From the human T2T-CHM13v2.0 reference genome, Homo sapiens, in the NCBI RefSeq assembly GCF_009914755.1, contig NC_060935.1: a DNA stretch of 64,000 nt. One strand, written 5' to 3'. Position numbers and translations under genes: made by a program. The notes under the pieces were generated by a model. It was not told the DNA's origin, did not search any database, and saw only the letters and a program-made list of their open reading frames with translations. Positions 12,619-25,950 of the stretch are shown piece after piece (the stretch's first letter is position 1; every line of letters starts with the position of its first letter).

Positions 12619-13123
12619 TCCCTGTTGCAATTTTAAATAGGATATTTTCTTCCATTACCTTTTATTTAAAAAACTCCATTATGAAATGACATTTTAAAAG
12701 GCATAAGGAATAACAAAACAAATGTCCATGTGCCCACCAGTTGACTTGCTTCAAAACATCAGTGATAAAGTTCCATCTATCTCTTCTTATCACGTTCACC
12801 TCTTTCACTCCTAGAAATAATCATTATCTACATTCGGTGTGTATCATTCCTACACATTTCTGAAAGTATTTCTACGACATAGATATGCATTCTTAAGCAG
12901 CATGTGGAATTGTTTTCAGTGTTTTTAAACTTTACGGAAATGTGCTCTTCTTCCACTTGCTTTTGCTGCTCAATGTGTTTGTGAGAATTTACCCATACTG
13001 ATATATATGTTCCTAGTTAATTCACCCTGCTGAGGGAGCACTTCTCAATTTATTTACCCATCATCCTGGAAACGGACATTTAGGGTATCTCTTTTCTCTT
13101 TTTCCTATTAGAAACAATGATGG

Positions 13124-13451
<328 letters not shown>

Positions 13452-13781
13452 AGAAACAATGATGGTAGGGATGTTCTTGTTCGTATCTCCTGGTACAGGA
13501 GAGAGAGTTTCTCTGGGAGTAGAATTAAAGGGTTGTGAGGAAATTCACCATCCAACTTCCAAGATAGTATCAAACTGTTCTGAAGGTAAAATACTCTCGC
13601 CAGCTATGCCTAAGAATTTCCTATGTTTCTCATCCTGTCTTTCACCTGTATTGTGAAACTTTATTATTTTTTCATTTTGAGGGTGTGTAAAAGAGTATCT
13701 CATTTAATTTAAATTTTCCTAATTATTAATGAGTTTGAGCATCTTTCATACACTTGTTAGCCGCCTAGGTTTCCCTTGTTT

Positions 13782-14013
13782 CTTTTCTTTTTTTTTTTTT
13801 TTTTTTTTTTTCAGGCAATTCTCCTGCCTTGGCCTCCCGAGTAGCTGGGATTACAGGTGCCCGCCATGATGCCTGGCTCATTTTTGTATATTTAGTAGAT
13901 ACGAGGTTTCACCATGTTGGCCAGGCCGGTCTCAAACTCCTGACCTCAGGTGATCTGCCCGCCTCAGCCTCCCAAAGTGCTGGGATTACAGGCGTGAGCC
14001 ACTGCTCCTAGCC
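13782..14013 (-). mobile_element. AluS lacking the last ~80 nt of the right arm
   Basis: Poly(T) at 13782-13811 is joined directly to caggcaattctcctgcc. TSD ctaggtttcc(c/t)tt(g/c)ttt (13765-13781, 14014-14030). Confidence 0.9.
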
Positions 14014-14184
14014 CTAGGTTTCCTTTCTTTCAAAAAATGAACCTCTCGTTGATGTCTTTTGTGCATTTTTACTTCTTTTTCTTTTTAATCTCATTATATT
14101 TTTTAAGTACCTTGTATAGGAATGCTATTGTATTAATTTTGTCTATGAATTATGTTTCACATACCATGATGGTATATGATATGG

Positions 14185-15146
14185 TACCATGATGCTATTA
14201 CATTCTTTAATACTTTTCCTTTCAAGAGGTGGAGCTTAATTCTCCTTCCCTTTGGTGTGGGATATCCTTAGAGTTTGCCTTCTAATGCAAGAGTGATGTG
14301 TGCCACTTCATAAACGAGGTCATAAAAGGCATTTTGGCTTCCTGCTTATTTGTACTTTCTCTTGAATCACTTGTTTGCGCTGGCTGCTATGTTGTGAGGA
14401 CACTCAGGCAGCCCTGTGGAGAAGCCCATGTGGCAAAGAACTGAGGCCAACAGCCAGGGAGAAACTGAAGTCTCCTGCCAATAGCCATGTGAGTGCGCCA
14501 TCTTGGATCTGAATCCTCCAGCCCCTATCAAGACTTCAGATGCCTGTGGCCTTGGCCAACATCTTGGCTGCAGCCTCATGAGGGACCCTGAGCCAGACAA
14601 CCCAGCTAAGCTGATACTGGATTCCTACCCTCAGAAGCTGTGTAAAATGATAAATATTTCCTGTTTTAATCTGCTATCTTAGTCTGTTCAGGCTGCTATA
14701 ACAGAATACCATAGATTGGGTGGATTATAAACAACAGAAATTTATTTCTCACAGTCTAGAGGCTGGGAAGTGCAAGATCAAAAGCACTGGCAGATTCAGT
14801 GTCTGTTGAGGGCTCATTTCCTGGCTTATAGATGACAGTTTCTCACTGTGTCCTCATATAGCATGTGTGTGGCAGGAGGGCAAGGCAGCTCTCTAAGGCC
14901 TCTTTTATAAGGGCACTAATCTCATTCGTGAGGTCTCTGCCCTCATGACCTACTAAAGACCTCATCTCCAAACATTATCACATTGGGGATTAGGTTTCAA
15001 CATACGACTTTTGAGGGAACATAAATATTCAGTCTTTATAGAAGATGCTAAATTTGAGGAAAATAGCTATTACGGATTTGTCTTCAGTAGCTGCTAATAT
15101 CAAATTTGGGGATAATTTGTCAAGCAGCAATAGATGTCTAATACAT
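14185..15146 (+). mobile_element. MLT1F-like MaLR LTR interrupted by MLT1A0
   Basis: aagaggtggagcttaattctcc...gccatgtgagtgcgccatcttgga...cccagctaagctg...gcagcaatagatgtctaataca. Confidence 0.8.
14675..15043 (-). mobile_element. MLT1A0-like MaLR LTR
   Basis: tcttagtctgttcaggctgctataacagaataccatag...ggggattaggtttcaacata...attcagtc. Confidence 0.85.
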
Positions 15147-15656
15147 ATACCTTACTGAATTATCTTATTGCTTGCATAGTTTTTTTCAACTGATTCTCTC
15201 GCATTTCTTAGGATTGCAATATTGCCTACATAGAATAATAATGGTCCCAATTTTATAAAAAATCGTTTATTGTTTCCTCATCAAGCTTGCTGCTAGATTT
15301 GGGTTGAAATTTATAAATTTTATTAGAATGTTGAGGAAGTCTTTTCATTTATCCCCATTTTATTAACAATTTTTTAAAAATCAAGAATGATGTTGAACTT
15401 TGTCAAGTGCTTTTTGATACTTGAGAGAATTATAATTATCTTATGATTTTTCTTTTGAATTATTTTAACAGAGTTCCATTTTTGCATTGCAATTCATAAG
15501 GGAAAGTGATCTTATTTTGCTGTTGCTTGTGAAATATCTGCCAAGTCTGAAGTCTTTGCAACCTGTTTCATAATTTTCCTAATCTTTGTTAAACTGGTAC
15601 CATAAAAATAAATGAAAGCTTTTCTTATTTTCCCTATGTCCTAGAGCAGTAGAAAT

Positions 15657-16178
15657 TAGGGTCAGTAAATTTTTTCTTTACAGGGCCAGATAGTAAATAT
15701 TTTAGGTTTTGTGGGATGTCTTTTTTTTTTTTTTTGAGACGGAGTTTCACTCTTGTCCCCCAGGCTGGAGTACAGTGGCGGGATCTCGGCCCACTGCAAC
15801 CACCGTCTCCCTGGTTCAAGCAATTCTCCTGCCTCAGCCTCTTGAGTTGCTGGGATTACAGGCACCCACATCATGCTCAGCTAATTTTTTTGTATGTTAA
15901 TAGAGATGGGGTTTCACCATGTTGGCCAGGCTGGTCTTGAACTCCTGACCTCAGGTGATCCGCCCACCTCGGCCTCACAAAGTGCTAATATTACAGGTGT
16001 GAGCCACTCTGTCCGGCCATGGTCACTGTCTTGACTACCCAACTCTACTGGAATGGTGGGAAAGCAGCCATAAACAGTATGCAAATAAATGAGTATGACT
16101 GTGTTCCAATTAAACTTTATTTAAGAAGAGAAGAGATGAGCTAGATTTGGCCTATGAACCATAGTTTGCCAAGCCCTG
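15657..16178 (+). mobile_element. MER58A interrupted by an Alu
   Basis: agggccagatagtaaatattttagg...ctgtgttccaattaaactttattta...catagtttgccaagccctg. TSD gta(g/t)aaat. Confidence 0.85.
15720..16018 (-). mobile_element. AluSq-like
   Basis: Full antisense Alu with gagtttcactcttgt diagnostic. Confidence 0.92.
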
Positions 16179-16186
16179 GTATAAAT

Positions 16187-16353
16187 CAGCTCTCTCAAAC
16201 TTTAATGTGCATACAATTACAATCTCCTAGAAATCTTGTTAAAACTAGATTTTCCTTTAGTAGGTTTGAAGGGTAGCCCAGGACTCTCCATTTCTCGCTA
16301 GCTCCCAGGTGCTGCCCACATGCTGGTCCTCAATCACTCTTTGAGTAGCAAGG
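16187..16353 (+). mobile_element. MER5-family MITE (MER5A1/MER5B-like)
   Basis: ctctcaaactttaatgtgcatac...gctcccaggtgctgcc...ctttgagtagcaagg. Confidence 0.75.
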
Positions 16354-18277
16354 ATTTAAACGACATTGAAATGGTCTGTTTGTTTCTAAGTTTTGTTGAA
16401 TTCGTTTGTGAAAACATCTAGGCCTAGTTTTTTTGAATTTTTCTGAATTTCTTTTATGGATATTGGTTGTTTGAAACTTTTGATCTCTTCTGAGGTTAGT
16501 TTTAGCAGCTTATAGATTCTTAGAAAAGCATCCATTATAACTAGGTTCTCATATTTATGTGCAAAGAGTTGAGCAAAGTAGTTTTTAAAGATTCTTTCCT
16601 TTTCCATCTGTGGTTATTTTTCCATTCTTATTTCTTATTTTTTTATTTGTGCTGTAATTAGCTATTGTTTTATCTAATCTATTCTACCTTTTTAAAGAAC
16701 TCCTTCTTACATATATTTATTTATTCTATCATTTTGGATTTTCTTATTATTTTCTGGTTTTATCTTTATTCTGTTTTCTTTTGGATGACTTTTTCTCTGG
16801 ACTTCTTAAGTTTCATACTTAATTCAATTATTTTAATCTTTCTGTTTATTTATATAAACAGTATTCAGAACCATAAATTTTCCACTGAGCTTTGCTTTTA
16901 TTGTACCATGTAGAGTCCGATACTATTTTCCACATGGGGACCAATTCTCTCTGATTTCCTCCTTGACCCAAGAATTATTTAAGAGTTTCTAAATTTCTAG
17001 ATGACAGGTTAGTTTTGTTTCTAGTTTTAGTTTTATTGCATTTTGATCAGAGAATGTTGCCTGTAATATCATCTTTTGATCTATCACTAGCTGAGAGAGG
17101 CCTAGTAAGTTCCCTTCTACTGATAAGTTTTTTGTAATTTCTGGAGGCTTTGCTTCCTGAATTTCGAAATGGATATTTAGTCCACAGAAAGTCATGAGAG
17201 TTCTTCATTGTGGAGTGTAGCTTCTATCACTTTGGTGTGCTTTTTTTGACTTGTTTACAGCTTTTTGAGTAACTGTCAATCTGTGATCATTTCCTCTGTC
17301 CTGACATTTCTCAGCTCTCCTTGGCTATATCCATTATTGAGGAGGCCTACCTATAGGTTTTGGGCAATTCTGGCTTCTGAAAGAAGTTAATAATAGCCCT
17401 CAGCTCTGACAGATATTTGCCAACTTGATCTAGTTCCTGGTGTGGCAAGGCAGGCAGAGCATTTCTTAATATTCATTCCCACTTCCCTACTCTAAGCATC
17501 ATCACTGTCCCAGATAATATAACTATTCTTCTGTCTTGATGTTCCATCATTTCCAATCTCAGCTCAAAGTTGGACCCTGCCTCAGCTCAAAGTTTGACCC
17601 ACACCTGCTTGGTTAGAGCCCCTGCATCTCAACACCTTGCTTCATTGGCCTGGCCTGTTGGACTGACCTCTTGCAATGACAATACTGCCAATAAAACTTT
17701 GAGAATTACCTTGATTTCTTCTTGAGCCAGTATTGCCTTTTAAGATGGACTGCTCTTTCTCACCAGTGTGGTACCTGCATGACCCATGTTTAAGCTGTCC
17801 ATTCCTTCTGAATACATTGGATCCACCAGTTGCTCTTTCTGGGACCAGTTGTGGCACCCAAGTCAGCCTTACCAGGCTCTAGCTTTTACCTTCACCTTTC
17901 TTACCAAATTACTGAAGATTTGCACTTCACGATAGCAGCTGCCTCAAGAGGAAAAATATTAGGGGCAGAGATGTCTAAGTGATTACCTTTTTCCTAGTTT
18001 ATGATGGAAAACTCACAGATTCTTGCATCTGGCCAATATGTTTTGGATTATTTTTTCTTATAGTTTGCCACAGAGTTCACCTATCACAGTAAAATCTTTC
18101 CATGGGTCCTATAGAAGATTGCTGCCATGAGCCTTAGTAAAAGGCCTTTTTAACTCCAACAAATTACAATCTTTAGTTCTATCTTATCTCTAACATTATT
18201 TGTCTATTCTCAAAAAACAGTCAATTGGAGACTAGCAAAAATGAATTTCCCTCCCCAAAATAACACGAATTACAACA

Positions 18278-18560
18278 ATGATAATAATAATGGCTAATAC
18301 TTTTCAAGCACTTACTATGTGAAGTTTCTGTGTATTTGATATATATTATCTCAGTTAATCCTCACTATAATTTTAGGTAAATACTATAATTGTTGTTATT
18401 ATAATTATTATTATCATAATCCTAATTTATAGATTAGGAAACTGAGACAAGTTGCATAAGAAAAGTAAGGTTATGAAAGTTTTAAGTGGTGGAACAGATA
18501 GGATCTCAGGTCTAACTCCAAAAACTACATATACCCTTATCCATTATGCTGATTCTCCCT
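18278..18560 (-). mobile_element. MIR
   Basis: aataatggctaatacttttcaagcacttactatgtg...tagattaggaaactgagaca. Confidence 0.75.
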
Positions 18561-18904
18561 AAGGCCATGCAGATTACATGCGTTCCATTGATTAATAATT
18601 GTATGCTCTATCATGGATTCTATGTCATAATTGTATAGAAGCATACATTACTGGTCTAGTTCCCATAGTACACTTCAAGCATCAGCATACTGTTACTGAA
18701 TCAGCATACTCATCAACATACAAGAATCAGCATACTCATCAATCACAGGGTACAGGTATTAAATAAATATTTTGCAAGTTTACTCTTGAATGTCTTCAAA
18801 AGTCTTTAGGTAAGTATAATCTTATTAATTCATAATTAGAACATCCTAAAGACTTAACATTATTTACTCTATTACCTTTGAACCACCTCCCTTAAAAGAC
18901 AGTG

Positions 18905-19760
18905 AATTGGTTAGAATAAGTTGTGGCAGCTGCTATAATAAACAACCCGTCAAGCCCCAATAAACAATCAAAAGGCTATTTTTGCTCATGTTCATTCTGT
19001 TACTGAAATGCCAGGGGTTCAGTCTAGGTCATGTTGCTTGCAGCACAGAAAGCCAATCACCAAGACAATGAGTATCCCTAGGGAAGAAGGATTTAATCGG
19101 GTGCTGCAGCCAAGGAGAACTGTAGATCAGTCTCAAAACCATCTCCCAACCAACTAAAATATTGAGCAGTTTATATAGCAGGGAAGAAGGTAAAACAGGA
19201 ATTAAGGAGGGATAAGGAAGAAATCATGAGGAACAAGGGGTCTGGTGTCTCAGTGTCTGGATGCCGTAATCTGGTAAGTCTCAGTCCCCTGCCTGAGGGT
19301 CAGTTTCCTGAGGGAGGAATTCAGATGAGACAAATGTAAATTTCAAGTTTCAAAACCAGGTGGGTCAACTTCTGTTTATTCAAAAAACCCATACATATAA
19401 TTTCTATGGGACAATTGGGCCTGTTTTAATTCAAATCAGAATTCCTGCTCAGGCTAACTTCCTGTTGCAAATTTGGGAACTATTACTCATTTCTTTAATG
19501 TCTCTACTCTTTTCTAGGTCCTTAAGTTTTCTCCAATTAATATTTCCACTCAGTAGATAAAAAAAGGGGATGTGGAAGAAGTTTTTACAGGGAAGGCCTA
19601 GCACAGATCAATACCTCTTCTCCCCATATTTCGCTGGCTAGAACTCAGTCTTACAGTCTCTGTAAAGGAGGTGGGGAAATTAAGTCTATGTCTAGACGTA
19701 AAAAGGAATACGTTCCATGAACACAGTGGTCTCACCCAGACAGTTCGAAATCTCACTAAT
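18905..19760 (-). mobile_element. old MLT1 (K/L-like) LTR interrupted by LTR26
   Basis: gctgctataataaacaaccc...tttgctcatgttca at the left and ttcgctggctagaactcagtc...ggggaaattaagtct at the right. Confidence 0.5.
18998..19428 (-). mobile_element. LTR26-like ERV1 solo LTR
   Basis: Minus strand begins like tgaaaccggcccaattgtcccatagaa and ends ...gtaaca. 4-bp TSD attc (18994-18997, 19429-19432), typical of ERV1. Confidence 0.78.
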
Positions 19761-19885
19761 TTCTTATTCAGAATGAATAACAGAATTTGTTCAGATTGTA
19801 TTGTCTCCTTTTCATCTATGATCTTGCATAGCATGACCACCACTAGGCTTACTATTTCTCTAATTGAATCCTTTCTTTCAATACA

Positions 19886-20898
<1,013 letters not shown>

Positions 20899-23166
20899 CA
20901 TGCATTTAAAAAATTGTTATGTTTTAACTGCTGTGCTGTTATGCAGGTCTCTGGGCATTCTTCTAGAGACAGCGTAATGACTCTTAAACTTTTTTGTAAT
21001 ATCTCTTGGCAAAACTCTCAGAGTTGATGTTCGCTGTTGACTACTGGCTCCAGAATAGTGTGATCTGTCCCTGGAACCACGTGTTAGTACAGCTGTCAGA
21101 TGTACATGAAGAACATTTCTCTGCCTTCTGTGTACAAAGCCAACTTTCTCTTTTTGAGAGGTGCTCTATCCTGGAGGAAAGTGGCATTGATTTTCACCTT
21201 TGAGCATATATATTCTCCGGGAGTTTATTGCACACCTAAAAAGCACCATTCACGTCTGCTTGCTTTTGCCTGTGCCTCCCATGACCCTTTTAAGGCCCAA
21301 TTCTTTCATCCTTCTAAATTATAAAGAATGACACAGGGATGCTATAACCCATATTGATTCTGGTGTTTGTGTATGGGAGGGAACTGCCGTTTTTTGATCA
21401 CATCATATTTGCAGGCAACTTGTGTCAGTTATCACATTTAGGTCATATATCAGCTACATGAGGCCCATATTTATTGACCCTATTTTATAGACAGGAAAAG
21501 GTAGAGAGATGTAAAGTAGAGTAAGCAGAATCACCTTGATCACAGGTGATGACTGCAAATCTCATGCTCTATTATAAATTCATCTAGGATTTGATGGGCA
21601 TAAGCCCCATTTTCTCCTAGTGTTGAGAAGAAAAAGAAACTTTCTAATCAAAACTCAAATGGCCATATCTGTACGTCAGAGAACAAACTTTTGTAAAGCC
21701 ATCGATGAGGCTGAACGAATTGAACTTTGTGTTTTTTCACTCCTGCAAAATCATCTTCTAAATGTTATTTATGAGTCTCTTGGAGTTTTTGCCTTGCAAG
21801 AGACTTCAAAGATTATGACATATCCTCCCTTAATTTATAGATATGTTCATTACTTGGCCAACTTTGTAATTAAAAAGTCATCTTTTTCCCAACCCATGTA
21901 GCCCTGGGCTGTCCTCTTTCTCCTGAAATGCAAACTGAGGGGCAGACATGGGCTGTTTAAGAAGGGCCAGATGGAGCTGTCTGTAGAAATATATGCTGCG
22001 TTTTATTTTTTCAAGTCCTGCTTGCCTCAAAATGGCATTGTCCAAAAATTACTCTTGCTTATAGTTTACCAAAGTTCTTTCTCAATGCCCATCTCAATTT
22101 CCATTGGCATTAGGAGGGCACATGACTACTCAGTCTGCAGGAAACTAGTCCATCTAGAGTTGTGCCAAGAGTCATACTAAGGAACTCAATATACAGTGCT
22201 CCTTGAATCTTAATTTTGTGAATGAAGCCTGAGCTTGGGCAAACACCTCATGCTTGGAAACGGGGCATTACAGCAATCTGAGCCTCAATTTGTTCATCAT
22301 TTCTAAATACTCATTTGCATGCAGAATACACTTACAATGATTTTAAGCTGAGAATAAGAAGAACCAATACATATTTAATGAAGTTCAGTAACACTAAATA
22401 TATTAGTACTATATTGATCTTTGAGGAAAACATCGATTGACACAGATTTCCGTTCCCTTGAACAGTATTGTCTGCCAACACCAGCAAGTTTCCGTGTCCT
22501 AGATAAAGACTAGTTCCAAACTCCTCAGCTCAGAATAAGACTCTAAAGCATTTCTTTTAAATGAGCATTCTGTTGAAGTCAGAGAGTGCTGGAAAAGTCC
22601 AAAGGAGGGATAGAGAAAGAGAAGGCCTTCATCTTTCAGTGGAGCTATCAGACCCAAGAAGTAATCTCTAGAGGACCGAGCCCTGAGCAGTAATTTCAAC
22701 ACACAGAAGTGAACACAGTGTCTCCTTGTGTTCAAGCAACAATGTCCAGGTTCAGCGCTAGACCATGGACTGTAGCTCCAGGGAATCTGCTGTGTGTGGG
22801 GTATTGTGTTGGAATTCCATAAACAGTGTTCTAAAAAAGGACTGAAGGGAGGAGCGATGGTGTGATGGATTACCCTAGATGACCACAGGGATTGGGTGTG
22901 TGACCCAATAGCCTCTTCTCTTTTCTGGGGATGGTGAGATGAACCAAAAACAAATTCCTAACAAATCAGAATCCCTGACATGTACCTAAGTCACCTGGGC
23001 CAATGCACAAATCCACTGCCCAGAAAGGTAAATTAGGAATAACCTCTGAGGTCTTTAGAAATTGGCTTATCATGCACTTTCATTCACTTTACTTGCTTTT
23101 AATTTGCTCTCATTTTGATGCATTTCTGCCTGGCTCAGAGTGCCTCCTCTGACAAAATTTGACTTT

Positions 23167-23626
23167 CATAGTTGCCATAGAGATATGCCTCTCAGACCTT
23201 GCTGCAAGAGAACTGCTGGGGGGATGTGGTCGGCTGACAACCCCCAGGTGCTATCCATTCAGATCTGCCCATGCTGAGACCACAGTCTCTCCAGGGTGCT
23301 CCAAGCCAATGGCTGATCATGGAAAGCACTAGGGCTGGTCTATTCCTGCCCATAGCAGGACTTCCTTCACAAAAATGTACTCCACTCCCCATCAGCCTGG
23401 CTCAAACTCTCAGAGCTCTGCTGCCATCTGAGGTTTTTCCTAGTCAGCCCTTCTTTCTCTTCTTTCTCCTTTTACAGGTGCTGGACCAGCACTGCGGTCT
23501 GTGGACCTTCCTCGCCTACTCTTGCTTCGCCTTCCCCTTATCCTTTGCAGGTGGTTCCTCCGCTCAGTCTCTTGCAGGTTTAACTCTGGATTGGTGTCTT
23601 CTTCTTGGAGGGCCCATTCTGGCACA
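23167..23626 (+). mobile_element. LTR16A-like ERVL solo LTR
   Basis: cagccaatggctg-like core, cctactcttgcttcgccttcccctta...ctcttgcagg...ttcttggagggcccattctggcaca 3' end. Confidence 0.72.
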
Positions 23627-23885
23627 ACTCCTTTTGCTGGCCCCTCCCCTCTGTGTCCTTCCTCTGTTTTCTCAGGCACCTGACAAGACTTACCTCTCAG
23701 TCATCCCTATGGCTAACACTTTGTCAGGCTATCTTTTCCATTTCAGCTCCAGGCCTCTAGAACTCCACAACGAGGGGCAAGATAGTCCATCCCCAGCAGG
23801 CCAAAGAAAAAAATACCTAAGGAATTTGGCACACTAAAAATACTAACACCCTTTACTAATGCTAGTATCACCTGTATGGAAGCGT

Positions 23886-24202
23886 GAACCCAGTGTCATT
23901 TGCCAACACCCTCCTAGAAAGTTGTGTTTCAGAAGTTTTAAATTTTAGAAAGGTAATGTATTTCATATATTGAATATTATGTCACTCCCGGTGGGGTTTC
24001 TGGCAGCAAAGGTAGTGATAATTCTGCAGCACAGCTAAGTTGCATAAATGAAGTTAAAAACAACTTCATTAAAGATAAGAAATACAAAGTTAGCCTCAGG
24101 TTTATTTAGTTTGGGTTTTGTGATTAAATAAATTATTTATCATTTTGATTTTCAGAGCTTTTACATAGCCGTGAATTGAAGAAGGATGATTGTGGACCTC
24201 TG
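23886..24202 (+). mobile_element. MER46C-like (TcMar-Tigger)
   Basis: gtgtttcagaag...ttttagaaaggtaat...ttttcagagctttt...gattgtggacct. Confidence 0.6.
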
Positions 24203-24204
24203 GT

Positions 24205-24475
24205 AATAGAATTCCCATTTATTGAGCACTTGCTTTGTATCAAGCACTGCACTGAGCCTGATTACTCTACTGGAATTATTTTATTTAATTTTCTCTCCAG
24301 TATCATAGGTAGACATACAAACACAATTTTCCAGGTGAGGAAACTGAGTTTCAATTGAAAACATATCCAAGGCCACACAATTAGCATGCAAAAAAGCATG
24401 GATTTGAACCCCTACGCGATTTGATTAATTTTGTCTCCCTCCAGAATTACTGTTCCCAACCACTATATCACATTG
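24205..24475 (-). mobile_element. MIR
   Basis: catttattgagcacttgc...ttccaggtgaggaaactgag...ccaaggccacaca...ggatttgaaccc. Confidence 0.8.
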
Positions 24476-25032
24476 CTTGCCTATGTAAGAGATCATCTAC
24501 CTCTGACTGTGCACAACATGATATAAAGGAACAAGTCAGGTCTAGAAGTTAGGAGGCAAGGGGGTTAGCACAGATTCTACTCTCTTGTAGTTTGACCTCT
24601 TTGAACTTCTGTATTCATATATATAAGTGGGAATAGCAATGCCTAAATCATGGGGTAGTTTTAATAAGGATCAAAGTATAAATTCGCTGTGGAAACATTT
24701 TGTGATTGCACTGTAAAATGCCAAATAAGATGATATGATGGTGGTGGTAGTGATGATGATATAAGCCATTATTATTGCTTGTGCTACAGAAAACTCTTAG
24801 GGCTATAAGTAATTGCTTCCTTGGCAAAGAGCTGGATGGATACTTCATCTTCCTTGAGCAGCTTTGCACTTGAGCACCAAGGAAGATCTGGGGCATTTAG
24901 ACGATAGAGGAAAATGAGCCAATTTGCAGAAGCTGCAATACACCATTTGAACTTAGGAAGCAAGAGCTGTCAGTTCTGCATCGTAATTGCTTCTCTGAAG
25001 ATTCTATTTCCATGTTCAAATAAATAATTACG

Positions 25033-25107
<75 letters not shown>

Positions 25108-25110
25108 TCA
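25033..25110. repeat. compound (CT)n(CA)n microsatellite
   Basis: Directly visible. Confidence 0.97.
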
Positions 25111-25749
25111 CCAGGAAGAACAGACTTTGAAGACTTCAAAGTTGAGTGATTATGATCTTTGGAAATAAAGTCACTGCCTCTGGGAGAAAGTTGTTGACAA
25201 CTCTTGGTCAATGTGGCTTTTCCTCAAAATGTCTGGTTTCTGATTTCTCATTAACACTGCCACATAGTCCTTCTCATTGGTCTCTTTGTTTGGGCCAGTA
25301 AGGGGCATCTGAAGAATAAGAAGGATAAGAAATGGTTCTGCAGTGGGTATGGCTGATGGCACAGAACACAAGACAGAGGCTTTATTGCAGAGTGTAAGGC
25401 TCTGTAGAAAGAGAGGCAGTGTGATCTCATGAATACAGAATATGAGGCTGAACTTAACTTCTCTGACTTCAGGTCAAACTGGAAAGATAGGCAAAAAGCA
25501 GAGGCTAATTGAGGCAGGGCTGTTAGTAGACTGAAGTCAGTGTTGGGAGATTGTAGGTCATACTAAAAGGTACAGGCAATCTAAAAATATAAGCAGTGGA
25601 TGGTGTCCAGGGTGGGAACTTAGCACAAAGAGGAGCGAAAGGCATAACAGATCTATTGATGGGAAACAGTATCCCTGGGTCTTGCACAGAAAGCAAGGTC
25701 ATGCTGCCCCAAATACAGATTTGTGAATGTTAAGCAAAGCACGGTGTTT

Positions 25750-25950
25750 GTTTGATCCAGTTTTGCAACTTAGCTGTCACTGAACTAGTTGTGCAACATT
25801 GGATAAGTTACCCACCTAACAATGTTTCAATATAGTCATCTAAAATATGCAGATAGTATTTCTTATATTATACGGTTATTGTGAGATATATAACCCATTT
25901 GAAGATGTGCCTAGAACATGATACATGCTTCATAAATGTGGATGATGATA
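25750..25950 (+). mobile_element. MIR
   Basis: ctagttgtgcaacattggataagttacccacct...catctaaaatatgcagatagta. Confidence 0.6.

Noticed and set aside
18681-18742. Repeat-spacer-repeat pattern reminiscent of CRISPR
   Set aside because: Only 2-3 short units with 6-7 nt spacers in primate DNA, and no cas genes.
23271-23837. 188-aa ORF
   Set aside because: Lies mostly in an LTR16A-like element, with low-complexity L/S/P composition and no recognisable domain.
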